Assembly: GCA_028715175.1 (NCBI GenBank)
Contig: JAQUSJ010000001.1
Span: 404,550 to 468,549, forward strand
Origin: Candidatus Daviesbacteria bacterium
GTDB lineage: Bacteria > Patescibacteriota > Microgenomatia > Daviesbacterales > UBA10151
Direction of reading: 5' to 3'
Length of the DNA: 64,000 nucleotides
Part shown: positions 19,523 through 29,569 of the stretch, in pieces
How the letters are laid out: each line of letters begins with the position of its first letter
Numbering within the stretch: the first letter of the stretch is position 1
The notes under the pieces: generated by a model
What the model was told of the DNA's origin: nothing
The model's input: the letters and a program-made list of their open reading frames with translations, nothing else
The model's database searches: none
Position numbers and translations under genes: made by a program

Positions 19523-19933
19523 ATGTTTTTGGGTGAGTATCAAACAAAATTCACAGGAAAAGGTCGAGTGGTTCTGCCTCATAAGTTTAGGCAAGAGCTT
19601 AAGGGTAATGAAGTTATCTTAAGCCGTGGTTTTGAAAATTGCATTTGGGGATTTGATTTAAAAGATTTTGAAAAAGAGGCAAGGAAGCAGCTTGAAATAT
19701 CTGCTACGGAAGAACGGGCCAGGTATATGCGAAGATATATTTTCGCAAGCAGCGAATCAGTGGAGTTGGACGCTCAAGGTAGGATTATCATACCGTCGGC
19801 TCTGCTTGATTTTGCTAGCGTTAAAGACGAAGTTACAGTTATAGGCGCGGGTGACCATTTTGAGATTTGGGATGTCAAGCTTTGGGAAAAGCATATGAAG
19901 GAAGTGGAGGTATTACTTGGAAGGGTATCATAG
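19523..19933 (+). CDS. mraZ: Transcriptional regulator MraZ
   Basis: MFLGEYQTKFTGKGRVVLPHKFRQEL and a second DxxGR(I.IP) half are characteristic of the duplicated MraZ fold. GAGGA SD. Confidence 0.9.
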   Translation: MFLGEYQTKFTGKGRVVLPHKFRQELKGNEVILSRGFENCIWGFDLKDFEKEARKQLEISATEERARYMRRYIFASSESVELDAQGRIIIPSALLDFASVKDEVTVIGAGDHFEIWDVKLWEKHMKEVEVLLGRVS

Positions 19934-20861
19934 GTCCGTTCTTCTTAAGGAAACAGTAGATGCTCTAGTTATTAAGGAGGGTAGATGGTATCTGGATCTG
20001 ACTTTGGGGGATGCAGGGCATTCGATAGAGATAATTTCGCGGGGCGGGAAAGTGGTCGGAATAGATGTTGACCCGCAGGCCCTTAGTAGAGCGCAGAAGA
20101 GGTTTAAAGATTTAGAAGTTGCAGAAGATAAATATAAATTAATTTTAGGTAATTTTAGAGATTTGAAAAATTTAATACAGTCCGCCTTCGCCAAGGCTTC
20201 GGCGGACAAGCAGACGGAGCTGAGACAGAAATTTGCAGGGGCAATTTTTGATCTCGGGGTTTCCAGTTTGCAACTTGAAAGCCCTGAGAGGGGTTTTTCT
20301 TTTGGAAAATCAGGACCCTTGGATATGAGAATGGATCCAAGTCTTAACGTGGAGGCGTCTGATCTAGTAAATTCTTTAACAAGAAAGGAATTATATGAAT
20401 TATTTGCAAAAATGGGTGAAGAAAAATATTCTTGGGCCGTGGCTGGTGCTTTGGTGCTCGCCCGTGAGGTAAGCCCGATCACAAATACTTTAGAGTTTGC
20501 CGAGATAGTGGAAAGGGTTGTAGGCGGTAGAGGAAGAAAGATCTTCGCTGGAAAGGTTTCGGCGGGCAAGCATCCGGCAACGAGAGTATTTCAGGCTTTG
20601 CGGATTGCAGTGAATGATGAGCTAAATGCCTTAAAGGAAGGATTAAGCAGTGCCCTGGATTTAATTGAAAAAGATGGCCGTATTGCGGTAATAAGCTTTC
20701 ATTCATTGGAGGATAGGATTGTTAAGAATACTTTTAAAGCATGGGAAACTGCAGGGACTGGCCAAGTTCTAACTAAGAAACCGGTAGTGCCGAATGATGC
20801 GGAAGTAGCAGAGAATTCTAAATCAAGGTCTGCAAAGATGAGAGTTTTTAAGAGGTTATAG
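19917..20861 (+). CDS. rsmH: 16S rRNA (cytosine1402-N4)-methyltransferase RsmH (MraW)
   Basis: HRSVLLKE...DLTLGDAGHS, FDLGVSSLQLE, FHSLEDRIVK motifs. Confidence 0.9.
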   Translation: MEGYHRSVLLKETVDALVIKEGRWYLDLTLGDAGHSIEIISRGGKVVGIDVDPQALSRAQKRFKDLEVAEDKYKLILGNFRDLKNLIQSAFAKASADKQTELRQKFAGAIFDLGVSSLQLESPERGFSFGKSGPLDMRMDPSLNVEASDLVNSLTRKELYELFAKMGEEKYSWAVAGALVLAREVSPITNTLEFAEIVERVVGGRGRKIFAGKVSAGKHPATRVFQALRIAVNDELNALKEGLSSALDLIEKDGRIAVISFHSLEDRIVKNTFKAWETAGTGQVLTKKPVVPNDAEVAENSKSRSAKMRVFKRL

Positions 20862-20885
20862 ACGTGGACTGTAATCTAATCGATT

Positions 20886-21182
20886 ATGACAATTATACAA
20901 AAATTTGAACCGGCTGAACAAAAAAAGGGATTTTCGAAAAAATATGCATGTTTAGTAGCGATAGGTCTTTTTATTCTTATGCTGGCAGAGATCTGGGCCA
21001 GTAATAATGTTGTTGAGTATGGTGAAAAGTTGGAAAAATTATCGCTTTTGTCAAAAACATTGAGTACGGAAAATCAACTTTTGGAAAACGAGATAGCTTC
21101 GGGCGGATCATTGAGTAATGTTGCATCCAGATCCGCAGAGCTTGGTTTTTCGTCACCCGAGAGTATACAATATATTCGTTAA
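20886..21182 (+). CDS. ftsL: Cell division protein FtsL-like (small bitopic membrane protein)
   Basis: 98 aa with a single TM and a coiled-coil-like C-terminal part. Positioned between rsmH and ftsI. Confidence 0.5.
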   Translation: MTIIQKFEPAEQKKGFSKKYACLVAIGLFILMLAEIWASNNVVEYGEKLEKLSLLSKTLSTENQLLENEIASGGSLSNVASRSAELGFSSPESIQYIR

Positions 21183-21185
21183 TAC

Positions 21186-22871
21186 ATGCGAATATTTTGG
21201 ATTAGGGCAATTTTTCTAATATTTCTTTTTCTTGTCGCAGTCCGTTTATTCTATTGGCAAGTAGTCCGCGCAGAATTTTTGCAATCTCAAGCAGACAACC
21301 AACATTTTACAGATACCAAGTTGGATGCTGTTAGAGGAGATATCTTTTTTTCAGACGGGTCTATTTTAACTTCTTCCAATCCCTCGTTTACCTTATACGG
21401 TTTGCCTAAAGAGATAGCAAAAGATCAGAAAATTCAAACTTCCTACTTATTAGCCAAAATTTTATCGGAATCGCAAGACTATGTAGATGGCCTGGCAAAG
21501 GAATTAGTCAATAAATTAGAGCAAGATTTTTATTGGGTGCCATTAAAAAAGAATATTTCTTTTGATCAAAAAAAACAAATTGAAAAACTAAATCTAGCGG
21601 GTATCGGTTTTAATCAAGACAGCAGCAGATTTTATCCTGAAGGTTCATCTTCCGCGCATTTGCTGGGTTTTGTGAATTCCGATGCCAAAGGTAATTTTGG
21701 ACTGGAAGGTTATTTTGATGGAGAGTTAAAAGGTATTTCAGGATCAATAAGACATGAAAAAGATGCTTTAGGTTTACCGATATTGATAGGAAAATTTTTA
21801 ACAACTGATGCAAGAAACGGGAAAAATTTAATCTTAAACATTGACAGATCAGTCCAGTATATTGTTGAACAAACCCTTAAAACAGGGGTTGCAAAATATG
21901 GCGCTAAAGCAGGTTCGATTGTGGTGATGGAGCCTGGTACAGGGGGAATTTTAGCAATGGCGTCTTTTCCCAATTATAATCCGGAAAAGTATTTTGATTA
22001 TCCGAAGGAATTCTACAGGAATCCTGTTGTTGCCGACCATTACGAACCGGGATCGACTTTTAAAGTTATGGTTATGGCAGCTGCCTTAAATGAAGACTTG
22101 GTAAGGCCGGATACGAAGTGTAACAGTTGTTCCGGCCCGATTTCTGTCGGCGGTTTTTCTATAAGAACCTGGAATAATAAATATTATCCGGATTCTACTT
22201 TAAAGGATGTGATAATTCATTCCGATAATACGGGAATGGTTTTTGTAGCCCGGAAGCTAGGATTGGATAAATTTTATTCCTATCTTGAAAATTTTGGATT
22301 TGGGGCTTCTACGAATATTGATTTACAGGATGAATCCACTCCTGAGATCAGGGCAAAAAATAGTTGGAGAGAAATTGATCTGGTAACAGCATCATTCGGT
22401 CAAGGTATTGCAGTTACACCGATACAGATGGTTACTGCGGTCTCGGCTATTGCGAATGGTGGAAATTTAATGGAACCGCATGTAGTAAAAGAAATTACCA
22501 ACGAGCAGGGGAGTTTTGCGATAACCCCAAAAGTTGTAAGAAGAGTGATTAAAGATTCGGTATCCCAGGAGGTAAAGGAGATGATGGTTGCGGCAGTCGA
22601 AGAAGGTGAGGCAAGAACGTTTAAGCTTAAAGGATTTAAAGTTGCAGGCAAAACAGGAACTGCTCAAATTCCGGTTGCCGGCCATTATGATGCAAATAAA
22701 ACAATAGCCTCTTTTGTAGGTTTTGCGCCGGCGGATAATCCGAAATTTGTGATGCTGGTGCGTTTTGATGAACCTTCGTCTTCTATTTTCGGCTCAGAAA
22801 CAGCAGCCCCTACTTTTTTTGAAATAGCCAAACAGCTCCTTTTCTACTATAAAATTGCTCCTTCTGAATAG
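21186..22871 (+). CDS. ftsI: Penicillin-binding protein / peptidoglycan transpeptidase FtsI
   Basis: N-terminal TM. STFK (EPGSTFKV), SDN (HSDNTGM) and KTGT (AGKTGTAQ) motifs. Confidence 0.85.
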   Translation: MRIFWIRAIFLIFLFLVAVRLFYWQVVRAEFLQSQADNQHFTDTKLDAVRGDIFFSDGSILTSSNPSFTLYGLPKEIAKDQKIQTSYLLAKILSESQDYVDGLAKELVNKLEQDFYWVPLKKNISFDQKKQIEKLNLAGIGFNQDSSRFYPEGSSSAHLLGFVNSDAKGNFGLEGYFDGELKGISGSIRHEKDALGLPILIGKFLTTDARNGKNLILNIDRSVQYIVEQTLKTGVAKYGAKAGSIVVMEPGTGGILAMASFPNYNPEKYFDYPKEFYRNPVVADHYEPGSTFKVMVMAAALNEDLVRPDTKCNSCSGPISVGGFSIRTWNNKYYPDSTLKDVIIHSDNTGMVFVARKLGLDKFYSYLENFGFGASTNIDLQDESTPEIRAKNSWREIDLVTASFGQGIAVTPIQMVTAVSAIANGGNLMEPHVVKEITNEQGSFAITPKVVRRVIKDSVSQEVKEMMVAAVEEGEARTFKLKGFKVAGKTGTAQIPVAGHYDANKTIASFVGFAPADNPKFVMLVRFDEPSSSIFGSETAAPTFFEIAKQLLFYYKIAPSE

Positions 22872-22942
22872 ATGACTCTGTTATAATCGCTTTGCGATTA
22901 CATCGCAATGCTTCTTGTAACGCGTTGCGTTATAATGCCTTA

Positions 22943-24202
22943 ATGAAGAAATTAATTAAGGGAATTTTTTCGCAAAGACTAATTAATATTTTTTATCATT
23001 TGCCAAAAGCCGTACTGGCAAATATAGTTTATGGCTTCCCTACCAGGGGGCTTAAAGTTATTGGGATAACCGGAACTGACGGTAAAAGTACGACTACCAA
23101 TATGGTTTATCAGACTTTAAAGGCTGCCGGTAAAAAAACTTCCATGGTTTCTACAATTAATGCTGTGATTGGCGGAAAAGCATATGAGACAGGTTTTCAT
23201 GTCACATCACCTGATCCTTTTACCGTACAGAAATTTGCCAAAGAGGCGCTAGATAACGGTGATAAATTCCTGGTTTTGGAGGCAACCTCACATGCTTTGG
23301 ATCAGTATAGATTTTGGGGAATTAAATTTGATGTGGGGGTAATTACCAATGTTACCCATGAACACCTGGATTATCATAAAACTTTTGAAAATTATTTAAA
23401 AACAAAATTCAAGTTACTGCACGATGTTAAGTTTGCGGTTATCAATCTGAATCTTAGCCAATATACAGGACGATTACATAAGTTATTGACGAAGGGAAAA
23501 ATTATCACTTTTGGGTTAGATAAAGGTGATTTTAATCAAAAGGATCTTAAACTAAACTTGAAAATTCCGGGTGATTATAACATAGAGAATGCGCTGGCTT
23601 CCCTGGCCGTTGCTTTTGTTTTAGGAATTGATAAAAAAATTGCCCTCAGAACCCTGGATAATTTTACAGGTATAAGAGGTAGAATGGAGGAGGTTAAAAA
23701 TCGAAAAGGCATCAAGATTATTATAGATTTTGCTCATACCCCAAACGGCCTAAAGCAAGTTTTAACAACTTTACGCTCCCAGGCGAGGCCCGGACGGCTG
23801 ACAGCTATTATCGGGGCAGAAGGTTATAGGGATGTAGGAAAGAGGGCGATGATGGGAGAGACGGCTCAAAGACTGGCTGACTTTGTTGTAGTTACCGCCG
23901 TTGACCCTCGCGGTCAGTTGGATATAATTAACAGGCAGATTAGCGATGGTGCAAAGAAAGCTGGAGCAAAAAAGGGTATTAATTTCTTTATAATAGACGA
24001 CAGAAGCGAGGCAATAAAATTTGCCATAAACAGGCTTGCTAAAAAGAAAGACGTGGTGGGGATTTTTGGAAAAGGTCATGAAGCTTCTATGAATTTGGAT
24101 GGTAAAAAGGAAATTCCCTGGTCGGATTTTGAGGCGGTTCAATTTGTATTAGCAAAGTCAGCTCGTCACGGCGCAAAAAACCGTTCGACCACTGAATCTT
24201 GA
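22943..24202 (+). CDS. murE: UDP-N-acetylmuramoyl-L-alanyl-D-glutamate--2,6-diaminopimelate (or Lys) ligase MurE (short N-terminus)
   Basis: GITGTDGKSTTT P-loop, EATSHALDQYR, TNVTHEHLDYH, DFAHTPNGL, GAEGYRD...AVDPRGQ, GKGHE motifs. ATG 22943 is preferred; the 17 residues upstream in the track ORF look non-coding (promoter-like TATAAT x2). Confidence 0.75.
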   Translation: MKKLIKGIFSQRLINIFYHLPKAVLANIVYGFPTRGLKVIGITGTDGKSTTTNMVYQTLKAAGKKTSMVSTINAVIGGKAYETGFHVTSPDPFTVQKFAKEALDNGDKFLVLEATSHALDQYRFWGIKFDVGVITNVTHEHLDYHKTFENYLKTKFKLLHDVKFAVINLNLSQYTGRLHKLLTKGKIITFGLDKGDFNQKDLKLNLKIPGDYNIENALASLAVAFVLGIDKKIALRTLDNFTGIRGRMEEVKNRKGIKIIIDFAHTPNGLKQVLTTLRSQARPGRLTAIIGAEGYRDVGKRAMMGETAQRLADFVVVTAVDPRGQLDIINRQISDGAKKAGAKKGINFFIIDDRSEAIKFAINRLAKKKDVVGIFGKGHEASMNLDGKKEIPWSDFEAVQFVLAKSARHGAKNRSTTES

Positions 24203-24261
24203 AACATTTAGTGATTCTCTGGTCTCACTTGAGGCTCGTCAATCGACTACCTGCTGCACAA

Positions 24262-24298
24262 TTGACTCGCCACATTTTTTGACTGCTCGTGACTTCGC
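24262..24298 (+). repeat. Partial third copy of the 3' end of the structured intergenic repeat (ACATTTTTTG-N10-GACTTCGCT)
   Basis: CCACATTTTTTGACTGCTCGTGACTTCGCTATC versus CAACATTTTTTGTTAGTTTGCGACTTCGCTACT in copy A. Confidence 0.4.
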
Positions 24299-24894
24299 TA
24301 TCTTTTTATATGGATTCTAAATATAAACTAATAATTGATTCTTTTGGGAAAGACAGATTTAAATTTAATGAGCCTTTGAAAAATCACACGACTTCCGGAT
24401 TTGGGGGACCTGCCAGGATATTTTTTATTGCCTTTAGCGCCAAAGAATTAATTAAAATAATCAGTATGTGTAGGCAGTTGGGTTTACCGTATTTTTTATT
24501 TGGAAGTGGTTCTAAAATTATGATCTCCGATTTGGGATTTGACGGGTTAATAATCAAAAATCGGATAAAAGATATCCAGACAATTTCCGTTAAGGGTAAA
24601 GTGACAAAATACGGGATAGGAGTTCAGGAGGCTGCAATAGAAGCGGAATCCGGTTTGAGTATAAAAAAATGGGTTGAATATCTTAATGCTCAAAATCTGG
24701 AAGCTCTGGAGTTTATGAATTTACCGGGTACTATCGGCGGGAATTTATTCTTGAGCAAATCTTTGCAAAACCATGCTAAAAGTATTAAAGTATTAGACTT
24801 GAGATCTGAAATCATAGAGATTGCTGCCGAGAATTTAAATCCAAGAAAGCATATAATAATATCTGCGGTATTTAGAATTAAGGCAAAAAAATAA
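24289..24894 (+). CDS. murB: UDP-N-acetylenolpyruvoylglucosamine reductase MurB-like (short, about 200 aa)
   Basis: LKNHTTSGFGGPARIFF then FLFGSGSKIMISDLGFDGLII resemble the MurB FAD-binding N-domain. The protein is much shorter than canonical MurB. The true start may be ATG 24310. Confidence 0.5.
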   Translation: MTSLSFYMDSKYKLIIDSFGKDRFKFNEPLKNHTTSGFGGPARIFFIAFSAKELIKIISMCRQLGLPYFLFGSGSKIMISDLGFDGLIIKNRIKDIQTISVKGKVTKYGIGVQEAAIEAESGLSIKKWVEYLNAQNLEALEFMNLPGTIGGNLFLSKSLQNHAKSIKVLDLRSEIIEIAAENLNPRKHIIISAVFRIKAKK

Positions 24895-26154
24895 ATGCGG
24901 TATATCATTAACGGTGGAAAAAAATTAAAGGGGTCGATTAAAGTATCCGGTAACAAAAATTCGGTTTTTCCTTGTATTGGGGCCGCACTGCTGACAGAAG
25001 ACGAAGTCACTTTAGAGAATGTGTCTAATCTTAAGGATACGGAAATCCTGATACAAATTTTACAAAAATTAGGGGTAAAGGTGCAAAAAGAGAGTTCTAC
25101 GCTCAAAATTAAAGCTTCGAATATACACCACTCCACTTTGCCGGAAGATTTAATGGTTAAACTGCGGGGATCGCTTGTATTGGTAGGGGCTATGCTGGCA
25201 AGAGCAGGCAAAGTAAATTTTTATCATCCCGGAGGAGATATCATCGGTAAAAGAAGTATAGAGACTCATCTTGAAGGTTTTAAAGCCTTAGGGGCATCTT
25301 TCAAAAAGAGTAACTCAAAATATAGCCTGAGCATTCCGCAAGTTTCCAGCGGAGATTACCATATTTTCTTACGGGAAGCCTCAGTTACGGCAACGGAAAA
25401 TCTAATTTTGGTTTCAGTGTTAGGGCAAAGGCAAGTAATTTTAGAAAACTGCGCCAAGGAACCCCATGTTGTGGATCTTTGTAATATGCTTTCACAAATG
25501 GGTGCCCGAATTGAAGGTACAGGAACAGAAACTTTAATTATTACGGGAGTTACTAAATTAAGCGGAACCAGCTTTATGATCGGGGCAGATCACATTGAAA
25601 TAGGTACGTATATAGTAGCTTCGGCAATAACAGGAGGAGAAATTAAAATTGAAGGGCTTAGGGGAGTCTGTTTGGATCCTATTTTAAGGCCGCTTCAAAG
25701 TTTTGGTATTAAACTGGAAAATATCGGCAGCAGCATTGTCGTTTATCCGTCAAAACTTAAATCAGTGTCGGCGCTTATTACCAACATTTGGCCCGGATTT
25801 CCGACTGATTTGATGAGTGTTGCTATAGTTCTTGCAACGCAAGCTAAAGGGATAACTTTATGCCATGATTGGATGTATGAAGGAAGAATGTTTTTTACGG
25901 ACAAATTAATTAAGATGGGCGCCAAAATTACTTTGGCTGATCCGCATAGAGTATTAGTGTATGGGCCAAATAGGCTGCGGGGACGAGCACTGGAAACTCC
26001 GGATATCAGGGCAGGAATGGCTTTAGTAGTTGCTGCATTGGTTTCTAAGGGTGAAAGTGTCATTAATCAGGCAGAGTTGATTGAGAGAGGTTATGAGGGT
26101 GTAGTAGAGAAATTAAAAGCTCTTGGTGCGGATATTAGCAGAGCTGAGGCATAA
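24895..26154 (+). CDS. murA: UDP-N-acetylglucosamine 1-carboxyvinyltransferase MurA
   Basis: MRYIINGGKKLKGSIKVSGNKNSVFPCIGAALL N-terminus and fosfomycin-site Cys region. Size 419 aa. Confidence 0.9.
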   Translation: MRYIINGGKKLKGSIKVSGNKNSVFPCIGAALLTEDEVTLENVSNLKDTEILIQILQKLGVKVQKESSTLKIKASNIHHSTLPEDLMVKLRGSLVLVGAMLARAGKVNFYHPGGDIIGKRSIETHLEGFKALGASFKKSNSKYSLSIPQVSSGDYHIFLREASVTATENLILVSVLGQRQVILENCAKEPHVVDLCNMLSQMGARIEGTGTETLIITGVTKLSGTSFMIGADHIEIGTYIVASAITGGEIKIEGLRGVCLDPILRPLQSFGIKLENIGSSIVVYPSKLKSVSALITNIWPGFPTDLMSVAIVLATQAKGITLCHDWMYEGRMFFTDKLIKMGAKITLADPHRVLVYGPNRLRGRALETPDIRAGMALVVAALVSKGESVINQAELIERGYEGVVEKLKALGADISRAEA

Positions 26155-26240
26155 AAACCTGCTTCGCGCTTCGTTATATGTTATATTATAACTCGCGCTC
26201 GCAGAACTTTGCCTTTTGCTGACGCAAAACGTAATTACTC

Positions 26241-27440
26241 ATGGATATCGCAAAGCATCCGATTTGGGATCAAGTAACACCTTATAAAACAAAAATTTCT
26301 GCTTTTAAAAAACCATTCCATTTGTTTAGGATATATCTGGCTAAACAATATGCTAGATTATACAAACCGGAAACATTTATCGGCGTGACAGGTTCTGTCG
26401 GGAAAACTACTTGCGTAGAAGTTGCTAAAGCAGTTTTATCACAAAAATATAAAACTATTTCAACAAAACCGAATTTGGATCCTGTATTAAATATTCCGTC
26501 TACAATTCTTAGAATGAATCCCGCAATCCAGAAAGTCATTTTAGAGATGGGGGTAGAATATAAAAATGAAATGGATTTCTATCTCTCGCTCGTTAAACCT
26601 AAGATTGTTGTCATTACCAAAATTGCCTATGCCCATAGTGAATACCTTGGAGGAATAGACGGGATTTTAGAAGAAAAAGGTAAGCTAGTGGCAAGTTTAA
26701 CTCCGGATGGGGTGGCGATATTAAATTATGATGATCCTAACTGTAGAAAATTGGCGGAGAACTGTGATGGAACTGTTTTCTATTATGGCATGGATTCCAA
26801 AAATTGTACTGTTTGGGCAGGCAATCCTAAAATAGAAAATTTTGCGACAACCTTTGAATTAAATCTTGGCGTAGAAAGAGTTAAAGTTAATTTCCAACTT
26901 TTAGGATTACACCAGGTCTATTCGGCGCTTGCCGGTGCGCTTTTAGGGGTAGTCAGCGGTATCCCGTTAACAAAAATAAAATTGGCTTTAGAATCAATAA
27001 AACCATCAGAGCATCGTTTGCAAGCAGTTCAAGGTCCTGGTAACTCGATTTTATTGGATGATACTTATAATTGCTCACCGAGCGCTCTGGAAGCTTCAAT
27101 AGATGCCTTACTTGCTGTACCGGCAAGACGGAGGATAGTTGTGTTGGGCGAAATGAGAGAACTAGGTCCATATTCCGAGAAGTTGCACAGAGCAGTTGCG
27201 CAAAAAATATACAAAGAAAAATTGGATTTTGTTTTTTTGGGCCAGGGAGATACGGAATTTATAGCAGATGAATTAAAAAGTTTGGGGTTTCGGGAAGACA
27301 GGCTGGAATCAAATTTAGGAAATTCCGATCTTGTTTCAAAATTACTCCGGATACTTGAGAAAGGTGATGTTTGTTTGATTAAGGGATCCAGAGCAGTAAG
27401 ATTAGATGAGGTTGTGAGAAGAATTGCAAAAAAAACATGA
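26241..27440 (+). CDS. murF: UDP-N-acetylmuramoyl-tripeptide--D-alanyl-D-alanine ligase MurF (lacks N-terminal domain)
   Basis: GVTGSVGKTT P-loop, LDDTYNCSPSALEASIDAL, VLGEMRELG, KGSRAV motifs typical of MurF. Confidence 0.7.
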   Translation: MDIAKHPIWDQVTPYKTKISAFKKPFHLFRIYLAKQYARLYKPETFIGVTGSVGKTTCVEVAKAVLSQKYKTISTKPNLDPVLNIPSTILRMNPAIQKVILEMGVEYKNEMDFYLSLVKPKIVVITKIAYAHSEYLGGIDGILEEKGKLVASLTPDGVAILNYDDPNCRKLAENCDGTVFYYGMDSKNCTVWAGNPKIENFATTFELNLGVERVKVNFQLLGLHQVYSALAGALLGVVSGIPLTKIKLALESIKPSEHRLQAVQGPGNSILLDDTYNCSPSALEASIDALLAVPARRRIVVLGEMRELGPYSEKLHRAVAQKIYKEKLDFVFLGQGDTEFIADELKSLGFREDRLESNLGNSDLVSKLLRILEKGDVCLIKGSRAVRLDEVVRRIAKKT

Positions 27441-28447
27441 CTCAATTACTTGGATTAGTTTTATTATCATTTGTAGTGACATCAGTTTTTATAGTGCCAT
27501 TTATTGATTTGCTTTTTTATTTAAAGAGGCGTTTTGAGCGGATTCAAAGAGGAGACGTGAAGAAATCTGAAACCCCTATACACGACCAATTGATGAAGAA
27601 AGACATTGATACCCCATCCGGCGGCGGAATACTTTTAATTTCCATCCTGGTAATTTTGAGTGTTGGATATACTTTTTTAAATCCTGCTGTTGATAAAATA
27701 TCATTGGGAATTTTGCTTTTTACTCTTGTTTCTTTCGGATCCTTAGGTTTAGTTGACGATATTAAGCTTATCGTTACCAGAAGAAGAGGTAAGTTGTTAG
27801 GGCTTGGCAGAAGAAAAATGTTATTAATTCAAGCTATTTTGGCCTTTATTATTTCGGTAATGCTTTATTGTATGGTAGGGTTAAATAATTTTTATATTTC
27901 AGGCTTAGGTAATTTTATTATTTATGCCTGGTATATTCCGCTGGCAGCCTTTGTAATTATTGCATTTGCGAATGCTTATAACATTTCAGACGGTTTGGAT
28001 GGTTTATCTGCAGGACTTTTGCTTATTTGTTTATTTGCTTTTTTAGCGCTTAATGCTCAAGGTTTAAATTTATCCCTTGCATCGTTTATAGGGATCTGGG
28101 TTGGTTTGCTTTTTGCCTTTCTCTATTTTAACATTTGGCCTGCCAGAATTTTTTTAGGTGATGCAGGCGCTTTTGCTTTTGGTGCAACATTGGCGGTTGT
28201 GGGACTCCTGACAGGTAAAATTTTGGCTCTGGCAATAATTGGCGGCATGTTTATCGTTATTGTTTCTTCATCGCTGATTCAAATACTATCCAAAAAAATT
28301 CTAAAAAGAAGAATTTTTCCGGTTTCTCCGGTTCATATGTATTTTAAGTACATCGGTTGGGAGGAACCGAAGATAGTTAGCAGGTTTTGGTTAGCAGGCG
28401 GAGTATTTGCAATTTTAGGTTTATGGATAGCTTCACTTTCAAGATGA
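27437..28447 (+). CDS. mraY: Phospho-N-acetylmuramoyl-pentapeptide transferase MraY
   Basis: NAYNISDGLDGLSAG and GDAGAFAFG motifs; 10 TM helices. Confidence 0.9.
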   Translation: MTQLLGLVLLSFVVTSVFIVPFIDLLFYLKRRFERIQRGDVKKSETPIHDQLMKKDIDTPSGGGILLISILVILSVGYTFLNPAVDKISLGILLFTLVSFGSLGLVDDIKLIVTRRRGKLLGLGRRKMLLIQAILAFIISVMLYCMVGLNNFYISGLGNFIIYAWYIPLAAFVIIAFANAYNISDGLDGLSAGLLLICLFAFLALNAQGLNLSLASFIGIWVGLLFAFLYFNIWPARIFLGDAGAFAFGATLAVVGLLTGKILALAIIGGMFIVIVSSSLIQILSKKILKRRIFPVSPVHMYFKYIGWEEPKIVSRFWLAGGVFAILGLWIASLSR

Positions 28448-29523
28448 GATCTCAAGAAAAACGTATGGATTTACCTCTTCTCGTAACGACCGCGGTACTG
28501 GTACTTTTTGGTTTATTAATAGTTTACGATGCTTCGGTAATTAAAGGTTTAAATGATTTTAAGGATAATCTCTATTATATAAGACAACAGCTTGTTTGGA
28601 TGGCGATTGGCGTTTTTTCGTTGATTTTCTTTACCAGGTTCAATTATAGAAAATTTAAATTTCTTGCGGTTCCATTGCTTGTTTGTTCATTATTACTATT
28701 GGTTGCAGTCTTTATTCCGGGACTGGGGGTTTCGGGTGGAGGAGCCCACCGTTGGTTAAGATTTGGAAATGTGACAATTCAACCAGCTGAAATAATTAAA
28801 TTAACGGGAGTAATTTATTTGGCAGTGCTTTTTGAAAAGAAAATTAGAGCAGTCCCCTTTTTAATGTTGGTTGCGGGTATTACTTTTATCACTGCAGTTT
28901 TGCAAAAGGATCTTGGCTCTTCAGCTGTTTTTGTTTTTACTAGCTTTGCTATTTATTTTGCATCCGGGGGTCCGCTTTGGCATTTTGTTTTAACTATTCC
29001 GGTTGGAATAGCAGCTGCTGCGGCCTTAGTGTTAACTTCCGGTTACAGGAGCAAGAGAATACTGGCATTCTTAGATCCATTTTCTGACCCGCAAGGCTAT
29101 ACTTATCATATTCTTCAAGTTTTAATAGCGCTTGGATCCGGGGGGTTATTTGGCTTAGGTTTGGGGCATTCCAGGCAAAAATTTGCATATATTCCTGAGG
29201 CTCATACGGACTCCATTTTTGCTATTATCGGAGAGGAATTGGGATTTATGGGTGGGATTTTCGTGGTAGTATTATTTGCTATTCTCTTAATAAGAGGTTT
29301 TAGGATTGCACAAAATGCGGAAGACAATTTTGGAAAAATTTTAGGTTTGGGACTTACTTCCTGGTTGGGGATTCAAGCAATAATTAACCTCTCATCTATG
29401 ACATCTTTGCTCCCGCTGACAGGAGTGCCACTCCCTTTTATTTCATATGGAGGCTCTGCTCTGGTGGCAAATTTAACAGCAGTAGGGATTCTACTTAATA
29501 TTTCAAAACAAACGATGCAGTAA
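28444..29523 (+). CDS. ftsW: SEDS-family cell division protein FtsW
   Basis: ATGA overlap with the mraY stop. QPAEIIKL, SGGLFGLGLGHS and DSIFAIIGEELGF motifs of the FtsW/RodA family. Confidence 0.85.
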   Translation: MRSQEKRMDLPLLVTTAVLVLFGLLIVYDASVIKGLNDFKDNLYYIRQQLVWMAIGVFSLIFFTRFNYRKFKFLAVPLLVCSLLLLVAVFIPGLGVSGGGAHRWLRFGNVTIQPAEIIKLTGVIYLAVLFEKKIRAVPFLMLVAGITFITAVLQKDLGSSAVFVFTSFAIYFASGGPLWHFVLTIPVGIAAAAALVLTSGYRSKRILAFLDPFSDPQGYTYHILQVLIALGSGGLFGLGLGHSRQKFAYIPEAHTDSIFAIIGEELGFMGGIFVVVLFAILLIRGFRIAQNAEDNFGKILGLGLTSWLGIQAIINLSSMTSLLPLTGVPLPFISYGGSALVANLTAVGILLNISKQTMQ

Positions 29524-29569
29524 TTTATATGTTAATAGCGTAGAATTGTTACATGGAGAAATTGGAAAC

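Noticed and set aside
19467-20197. Recurring AGTCCGCC 8-mer (19467, 20182, 59616)
   Set aside because: Three occurrences of an 8-mer in 64 kb on two strands is near chance expectation; not pursued as a motif.
19928-20569. 213-aa minus-strand ORF (and many 60-170 aa antisense ORFs in the track, e.g. 1260-1451, 3852-4163, 24690-25211, 27065-27445)
   Set aside because: Lie entirely antisense within well-supported conserved genes (rsmH, murB/murA, murF etc.), have no motifs, and are typical shadow ORFs.
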